DNA of 64,000 nucleotides from Trichoplax sp. H2 (Eukaryota): NCBI GenBank assembly GCA_003344405.1, contig NOWV01000002.1, positions 620,001 to 684,000 of the forward strand, read 5' to 3'. Shown piece by piece: positions 57,001 to 64,000 of this stretch (position 1 is its first letter; each line of letters starts with the position of its first letter). The notes under the pieces were generated by a model. It saw only the letters and a program-made list of their open reading frames with translations, ran no database searches and was not told where the DNA came from. The position numbers and the translations under genes were made by a program.

Positions 57001-60000
57001 TTTAATCGATTTTTATGATAAGGAATTAAATAGTCTGATATTTATTATGTTTCAATATTTTTGATGCGATATAAATTTAATAGTCTAAAGAATAACACCG
57101 AATTTTAATTTAATTTTTGTATCGGCAATGTAGGCATAACTAACATGTTTCCTCAATCAATCAATATTTTAGCTTACCACTTACCTTGGAAAAAGAGATT
57201 TTGTAGATCATATTGATCATATCGATCCCGTAGGTTAGTTATACAAATAAAATTATAGTAGCAAATTATTTACTACAATAATTAGCATATAGTGATTGGC
57301 TAATATTCGCGTTTGGGATAAAAATTGAATAACCAATACTGTCATATCATACCAGTATGATTACAACATAAACTTTCTTTTTTATGCTTAATTGGTTCAA
57401 CACCCACTGGTAACACTCTTTTTAAAAGTATATAGTAATATCTTATCTAATGTTATCATTGCTGTTTAGATGGCGTTGTTTTAGTGGATCCAGAGTATAT
57501 TGCCGACAAAAAAGGTATAGCAATTAATTCTATCAGCTAGGGAAGAAAAGATTATTCGTATATAGTTCCTCTAGTTAAAACCGTAAAGCTTGATGGTTAG
57601 GATATAGATATGTATAAAGAGATAGTATTTTTTCATTAAAATCGTGGAAATTATGTTGCTACTTAGTCAATAATTAATCATGTAATACAGTGTTTTTTAT
57701 AAGCAAAAATTATAATATCATTAATAATCAAAGTGATAATTTTATAGTAAACGGTTTATTAACGATAACTTTCTTTTCAATTTTTGCCTTTTAGTTTATG
57801 TACACGTATTGGCTGCATTTCGGTAAAATCTAATTTAAAATTAATGAGTACATACATTGGCATAGTTGGTATTTGATCTGTAAAGGAGAAAAAATAGTGC
57901 ACTAACAAAAATATTGTTGTATAATGGTGGTAGTTATGGAAGAGAAGATTTGGATGTTTTAGGACTGACGTTTAGGAAGGATTTATTCTTAGTAAGCAGC
58001 TACAACAATAAGTACACATTCTCAACTATGAGAAATCTGAAAGTATTGATAATGTTTAATTTTCTTTATCATAATTTATCAAATATTGTAGTCAACACTT
58101 CAGATTTATCCACCTCTACCAGAGAACGAAAGGCCATTAACTAAGTTACAAGAACGTTTAATAAAAAAACTTGGTGAAAATGCGTACCCTTTCTACTTCG
58201 AGGTAGCAATGACAAACAGCCATCTAGCGTAATCGTATTGGGTTATGATTACTACTAAGAGCTCATGTTTATGATCAATTATAGTTGTCTGTTGGGTCGC
58301 CATCTTCTGTTACATTACAACCAGCCCCTGGAGATACCGGAAAGGTACTTTAGTAATTATCGGGTACAGAATGAATGCGTTACCTATATATAATTTTACC
58401 TAAACATTATCGATATAATATTCTAATTAGCCATGTGGCGTAGACTATGAATTGAAAACTTATGTTGGAGACTCACCTGACGACAAAGCGCATAAAAGGT
58501 ACAGCATTGTTCCTGTAATAGTGTTGGAATGATGCTGTTAGTTTTTCTTTAGCTCCCTATTTTGATTCATTTCCAAACAAATATTTATCCGTTAGACTAT
58601 GGGTTTTTATCTAAAATCATTTAATGTGTCTTTCATTAACTCAGAGACACAATAAGACTAGCGATCAGAAAAATAACGTATGCGCCTGATGAGAACATAC
58701 CGCAAGTAAGTACTTGTTATTCATTGTATATTCTTGTACAGTATGTGTCTTAATTTTGCTAAAATAAAACTTTGCTTTGTTTTACATAGCCTACAGCTGA
58801 GATCACTAAAGAATTTATGATGAGTTCTTATCCATTGCACTTGGAATGCACTCTGGATAAAGGGGTATAACACATTATCAAGGCCATAATTATTAACGTT
58901 AATCTAAATGTTAACGCTAATTGACCATGCTATATTTTGGATTATTTACAACTATTTTAGATGTATTACCATGGCGAGCCAATCAAAGTTAATGTTAGTA
59001 TAGCTAATAGATCGTCAAAAACTGTTAAGAAAATCCGTTTATCAGGTAAAGATCTTCGTAGATTACACTTATATTTATATCGACCGACGATTAGTCAAGG
59101 CAAAGCATGTATTTCTATCTAATAATTTTATACTTCTTCACTTTAGTACGTCAATTTGCAGACATATGCTTATTCTCTACTGCCCAATATAAATGTCCGG
59201 TTGCTGTTGTAGAGTCTGAGTACGTATATCTATATCAATCACAGCTGGTTGATTACTAAGTGCATTGATAACGATAAATTATAATGTAATAGAGATGGAT
59301 TTCCTCTTAATCCTGGTGGAACATTAAATAAAATTTTCACACTAGTTCCTCTGCTAGAAGATAACAGGGTAAAATTAAATTTATAGCACTATATATTTCG
59401 ATATCTTTAAAAGACTAGATTGAATGAGTAACTTGACATAATTTATAAACAGGACAAAAGAGGACTTGCATTGGATGGTAAGCTTAAGCACGAGGACACC
59501 AATTTGGCTTCTTCCACTATGTACGGAATGAGTGCTTTGCTATCATGATGACATTCAGATTTTTGATTTTATGCTCGATAAATTAATTCTTGGTGTATTA
59601 CTTTTATTGATAATTAAAATTTTATTACGCAGTTACGATCCTGGTGTTAGCAAAGAAAATCTTGGAATTGTAGTACAATACAAAGTTAAAGTAAGATTAC
59701 TGGTCGCTCTTGGAAGGTAATGATATCAAATATGAAGTAAATTGAACAATCGTTAAGATAATGTATTCGACTTAGTTACTTACCTAAGTTTTAATTCATA
59801 TAGTGACGTAGCTTTGGAATTACCATTTACACTGACTCATCCAAAACCTATTGAGCCGGAAGAGCCAATTGTAACCCAGCCCGAAGTTAATCCCCCACAA
59901 GGTATGTAGCTAAGTTGAGAAATTATGGGACATGATTACTTGTCTTGTGTGTAGAGATAATATCGTTAATTGGCTTTAATGTGGAATATAGCGGTAGCAG

Positions 60001-60265
60001 ATACCAAGCCAGAGACAAAGAATACGGAAGCACCTATAGATAATAACTTAATTATGTTCGACACAAGGTCTGATTAATATTTTAAAGTAGCTACAAATTT
60101 TATAGCGTATAATTTATGTTTATCATTTTTTTCCTAATTTATTCTACTTGGATTTACTTTAGTGGAACTGGAGCATTGTTGGCCGATCAGGATGATGATT
60201 TTATCATCGAAGAGTTTGTTCGCATGCGTTTGAAAGACCATAGTAAGGATTCTTCTGAAGCTTAA
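53232..60265 (+). CDS. ARRB: Beta-arrestin
   Basis: About 19 exons: [64 protein letters not shown]...[21 protein letters not shown]...[22 protein letters not shown]...[19 protein letters not shown]...[11 protein letters not shown]. Clathrin box NLIMFD and AP-2-binding tail [15 protein letters not shown] are present. Confidence 0.97.
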
Positions 60266-62957
60266 GTGGATACTCGACCTTAGTCAGATGTACTAGGCAG
60301 TATTTTAAATGCTTGTTATGTAAGGATAGTTCACAAATGCTCTTATATAGTTGGAGTAGCTTTGTATACACTATATTACTATACGTATTTGTAGAAAGCA
60401 GTCAAATTTTGTTAAAATATGCAATCTCCCATTCATCTTTTGCTATGGACAATTATTGTAGAGTGCCGTTATTGGTACTGATGGACAGTATTTACGCGGC
60501 AGCATGCTAATGTGTCATTTTTGTCCTGATAGCCAGGCGGTTCTGTCCATGGTTCTCTAATATTGTTAGGTTTTTATTTCCTCATATATTAAGCACATTT
60601 CCATTATGTGTTACACGTATAGAGGTCCTCATGTAACTGATGGTAATTCTACCTCATCGATTACAAAAGATCTAATATGACAGTATAAAATAAGAATCAA
60701 GGGATACTTTCTCTTGATAAACGTATTTGCAATAATTATGACATTTTTTGTCTCATCATCTGTATAGCAGAAGTTGTGAATTTTGAATTTACATATCGTT
60801 TTTCCCGCTCCCGCTTGCGTCATTATTATTTCTTAATATTTCGACAATAGATTTGACCATGAAAATTTTCTTTCGTACTGTTCAGTTTATTGGCAATTAT
60901 ACGAACATATAAGGTTCCTTATGTAATATTATGAAGCATGATAATATAGAAGGTTGTAGTCATGCATTTTAAATAACTAATGTATGCCAGTATTTTAAGA
61001 GCTTTAAAATTAATTTCCAAAGATTATGATCCTACATTGTTTTGGAAATAAAAGTTTACAGGTAATTCGGTAGATTTTATCTCTAAAGAACTAAATTTCA
61101 ATGCTGTTTACTGTGTTAAAAAATTATACTACTATGTGACAGATGCAACGATAATTTTGAAATGGTTATTACAGTATGATTGGTGAAATCTTTCTATACT
61201 TAAAAGTTTAATACTAGCAGTGAATTATCTCAGAAGTAAATGGATCATCTTGATTTCCAATCATTCATAAGATCTGCGCTTTTGATTAGCCGAGGCCAAA
61301 GAAATTTACGATTTTAAATTAGATTTGTGGTTATCAACATTTTGAGTTTATCCGAATTTATAAATATGGCTGACTTAAGGCAAGCGAAATGTTTGTGAAT
61401 GAGTTTCTAAGGCAAATCGGATCTTGTTCATTGTTTACTCAACTGATTCATAATGTCATAGTTGGTTGGACATTAACATGGCATAAGATGTGATGAGTTA
61501 TCTTAGTAAAACTAATACTTTTTCTATACTGTACTTGTATGAAAAATTCATCCTTTAAAGTCTTTATAGGTATCATCGGAATACCCGTATGATGTATCTT
61601 TCCGAGTACAGCATCTACCGACCTGACTACTATTTTATAAATTTGCGTATATTGTACAGTATAAGAAGTTTTATTTGTTTACAGTATATACTCATTTAAT
61701 GCATCGGAATTTAGATTTATCAATTTACCGTATTCTTTGCCTTATAATATCATATTCCATATTGTAGCTGCTTACTGACATAATTAAGTCCGACATATTG
61801 TATTAAAGCTTAACTCTTTACAGGAATGCAGACGCATTTGCAACTACGTTATAAAACTAGAGAACTGATCTGATTTTACTCAACAAACAAACAGTTGAGC
61901 TTATAATAAACTCTTCGGATGATGATTCACCTTGACGAATAATTTTTACTTGATAATCAAATTAATGTAACGATATTAATAGATATAGATGTTTACTGAT
62001 TAATTCTAGATAGTCGGACTACTGCATGTCAATTCACAGAATCTTTTATAGTGTAACCTATATAAAATCTACTGTCATTTAAAATTGTAATCTAAACTTT
62101 ACGGTGTACGCGAGACGTATCCATAATCTGATGGATTTGAGTCATAGTTGAACGTGGTATCAACAATAGTAAGTAAATCGCTACAGGTGACATGATTTTG
62201 CAAAGAACAGTGTGCTATACCGTACACCAAATTACCTTGACTGTTAAGCAACCCACACGGTATTGTACAACATATAATTTACTCCAGCAAATTACAACCA
62301 TGTTGACTTCTACTGTCTGCAGGTCTGAATTGTAGTCACCATGTAAGAACGTTAAATTCACGAATTCTGACTGTCCATCCCTAAGGGTAGTTCATGCTAT
62401 GACAACATGTGGTAATTTAGATTAGAAATAAAAGCAGTTCGATTAATAGGCATCCTTTCAAGAGCCAACATCCATTATGTTGCATTTAAAAAGAAAATTT
62501 TATTCATATTCACCAAGATAAAACCAAAAATAGACATTGAATTGTTAGGCACTATATTAAATCGTGAGATCTTACGTAGCTAGATAGAAATAAGTGTGTA
62601 TCATGTGCTAATTGTGTGCTGTTATTAAGCGTAGGAAAACATCAGTAGCAATAATAAGTTTGATTCACGTATGCATATGGTGCGATTTAATATAATGCTC
62701 CGCTTGTACGATTTCCGAATCTGAACCGATTCGGTAATAAATTTATTCGAGGTCCCCACGTAAAACGCAACACCTTTATACTCAAGATTTTACCATAATA
62801 ACATAATGTTGCTGCAATTTTTCATAGCTGCATCATGTAAAATACAATTTCGAGTAAAAGAATTACATAGTAAGACGTTCGACGACTTTCATGCTTACGA
62901 CTATAGGATAAGCAGATAATATTTCCTCATTAATGTTTTATCCCAAATCTTAATAAA

Positions 62958-63813
62958 TTACTTATGTTTACTTAGCACATTATCAAATGCATCAATGAAG
63001 TAGTTGGCATGGTATGGCTCAAATATTAGGGCAGGCCTTAACCGCATTGCTAATGCACCACACGAGCCCGCCATTATTCCTGTTATATTAGTATGGATGT
63101 ATAAAGAATTGTAATTAGTTTTGATACCAGTAAAATTATACGAACGAACGCAATATTAAGAAATAATTTAATGTTAAATTCTTTAGCGATTGCAGTTAGA
63201 AGTTAGTAAAAATACGCCTCTATACAATTAATGTGGCGTAAATGCACGTATTCCAAATTCTATACTGGTCGTCAAATCATTAATTATACATATCTACCGG
63301 ATAACGTATTGATCATGAACTCACCATTATTTTTTAAATCAGCAATAATTTCATCTCGTTTTTTGCTATCAATAAAGTCAATAGCGCAAAACGTTCCCAT
63401 TCCACGAGGACGAGATATTATGTTTGGATATTTCGACTAGCAATAAAAGTTTAGTTTTACCTTTGTTTAATCTTAAATCTGAGTAGATAAAGTTTCTTTG
63501 GGTATTATCTCGGAATTACAGTAAAAACAGTAGCAATATACTATTGACAATCAGATACACGAGATTGATAATGTATGACACGTTGTAATTAAAAATGATT
63601 GATTTTTTTATACCCCGTATATCTTTCGTAATAATAGTAATAAATATCGATTTAGTGCGACCTTACCGCTAGTGATTTTAGACCAGTTTGCAAAACTTCT
63701 CCGGATTCTTTCGCAAGATCTATTAGTTTCTCTCGTTTAATGCAATTAATGATCGCTTCTAATAAGACCAACTTCGAAGAATCTCCTAACCAAGTGTTAA
63801 AGACGCGATAACT
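62958..63813 (-). CDS. ABAT: 4-aminobutyrate aminotransferase (GABA-T), last three exons; 5' part is off the window
   Basis: Exons 63813-63667, 63436-63325 and 63079-62958: YRVFNTWLGDSSKLVLLEAIINCIKREKL...KYPNIISRPRGMGTFCAIDF...GIMAGSCGALAMRLRPALIFEPYHANYFIDAFDNVLSKHK*. Confidence 0.93.
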
Positions 63814-64000
63814 CTGTAAAGTAGGTCGAACAGTTTAGTTTAGAATTGTACATGGCTAGTTGGACATATATCCACTCAAATTGTAACCTATCAAAGTAAG
63901 ATTGTAAAAGAATAGTATAAACTGATTTCGTAAATTGCCGGTAACATAAATACTAGTTATATGTACTAGATAAAATATTAGAATACAATTCGAAGTAAAT

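Noticed and set aside
60629..60823. TQAGAGKT as a P-loop and GTATCCCTT as a U12 donor
   Set aside because: The first Walker A glycine is missing, stops lie immediately upstream, the donor deviates from GTATCCTT, and no U12 branch site or workable intron was found.

Overview
Eukaryotic, AT-rich, intron-dense animal genomic DNA with mostly ~70-150 nt GT-AG introns and abundant TACTG/CAGTA/ACTGTACAGT micro-motifs; this style suggests a placozoan (Trichoplax-like), which is an inference only. Manual exon stitching supports eight genes: a tandem-FYVE Vac1/rabenosyn-like gene (-, runs off the left edge), an RB1-type retinoblastoma gene (+), eIF4A (+), AP-1 sigma (+), SMC4 (-), a 100-aa secreted knottin-like prepropeptide (-), beta-arrestin (+) and the 3' end of GABA transaminase (-). 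There are four minisatellite arrays and four 20-N gaps flanked by redundant, slightly diverged copies, probably uncollapsed haplotypes. The most notable item is the two-exon toxin-like precursor at 41390-41771, which the ORF track only half shows: signal peptide, acidic propeptide, KR site, C-C-CC-C-C cystine-knot pattern and a C-terminal Gly-Arg amidation signal. No tRNA, rRNA, CRISPR array or autonomous transposon was recognised.
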